The position numbers and the translations under genes are program-made. From assembly GCA_965113315.1 (NCBI GenBank), contig OZ220368.1: DNA of 64,000 bases. One strand, written 5' to 3'. The notes under the pieces were generated by a model. The model saw nothing but the letters and a program-made list of their open reading frames with translations. It was not told the DNA's origin and did not search any database. This DNA comes from Podarcis vaucheri (taxonomy: Eukaryota). Positions 62,788 through 64,000 of this stretch are shown in pieces (position 1 is the stretch's first letter; each line of letters opens with the position of its first letter).

Positions 62788-63748
62788 GGATATAAATCTA
62801 GTGCAGATCTTATTTTTCATACTTACATCCTAGTGGTTCCCTCTTACCCTCCAACTATACTGCAGATTAAACAGCAGAGATGGCACAATATCTTCTCACT
62901 ATTATTGCTGTTTGCTGGTGTGTCATGAATTATTATCCTTATTAATGATTAAGGCTGCACATATTTTCTTTGCAAATGAGCTGCCTGCTTGAGTAACATA
63001 GTATTAAGTGTGTATCTTTTTCTTTTCAAAAAAGAAATCAAAAGCATACTGAGGATTAAGGGGTTCAATTCTGATGAAAGCCATGATGCCTGCTGTGTTA
63101 AAACTCTGGTTCTTTGTCAGGGGAGATTCAAATGTTGCAGCCTCCATGTGGAGGTCATAAGAAACACTTCCCAATGGAAGCAGTTATACAAGAGGGCTCT
63201 GTAACTGTGTGTCATGTGAGCCACCCATGCTAGCACAGCAGATTCGTAGCGCTGTGATGAACAGCCTCCTCCACACAACTGGGCCAATCCGTTTCACAAA
63301 TCTTACAACTCTCATGTGGAATTGCCACATGGTTTGGGACAGTTAAAAACGAAATGTCCTCAGCACTTACAGTCCTCCTAGGACTCTCTGGTTGGGAGAA
63401 GAGGGGAGAATCACAATAACTATATTGATTTAAACCTGAAGTGTACACATCACTTTCTCACCTTCTCTCAGATTATATCCACACCATACATTTAAAACCA
63501 CCTCTTTCCCCACAAAAGCCCGTGCTTTACTGCTGAATCAGAGCAAATGGTAGTCTGTGGAAAACTGAAATTGCCATTTGTTCTGATTCAGTGTTAAAGA
63601 ATGGGATTTCATAGGGAAAGCGATGTGGCAAAAAAAGGGGGCGGAAGTGTTTGGACATGGAGCTTTAAAGCGCAGACCTGCACCTAGAAAACAAGGGGTA
63701 AAAGGTATAAGTGTGGATGAGCCCTCAGAGTCATGGGTTCCCCTAAAG

Positions 63749-64000
63749 CAGGGGTCTGCAACCCGCGGCTCCGGAGCCGCATGTGGCTCTTTTACACCTT
63801 TGCCGTGGCTCCGGGGCGGATACTAGCGAGGGGAGGAGGCGCATTGTGCGCCCCGACACTCCCCACTGTGGCAGGCGCTGTACTGGCTGTGACGCCGCAT
63901 GGGGGCGGTGCGTGCGTTAGTCCCGACGTCACCTTCCCGCCCGCTGTCAGATCGCGGCTCTGGAGATATATTTGTTTTAAAGGTCGCAATGGTTTTGCGG
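63749..64000. mobile_element. Left end of a young hAT (Charlie-like) element, runs off the window
   Basis: CAGGGGTCTGCAACCCGCGGCTCCGGAGCCGCATGTGGCTCTTT terminus; abruptly CpG-rich. Confidence 0.7.

Noticed and set aside
63749-64000. CpG-rich stretch resembling a CpG-island promoter
   Set aside because: Begins abruptly at a hAT-type terminus; better explained as a young transposon

Overview
Vertebrate genomic DNA, almost certainly a squamate and probably a lacertid lizard (Sauria SINE, tRNA-Lys/CR1 SINEs, Penelope remnant, many Tc1/mariner and hAT MITEs). Two genes lie in tandem on the minus strand, in the order I recall from mammals. The first is the 3' two-thirds of PLEKHA6: 18 coding exons from 62239 down to 20241, plus a long last exon starting at 18370. 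The second is the first two coding exons of GOLT1A (9373-9349 and 6981-6890). I placed all exon boundaries by hand; they are GT-AG and keep frame. Most ORFs in the track are spurious intron or repeat ORFs. Points of most interest: (1) a Penelope-type insertion in GOLT1A intron 1 forms a perfect 90-bp inverted repeat, and each arm carries a minimal hammerhead-ribozyme motif; (2) PLEKHA6 appears to have extra splicing options, namely candidate in-frame microexons (30, 9 and 9 nt), two or three alternative C-termini, a candidate poison exon and a candidate early terminal exon, with TGCATG (RBFOX) clusters nearby. There is no CRISPR array or other prokaryotic-type system. Gene and repeat family names come from recall, not from database searches.
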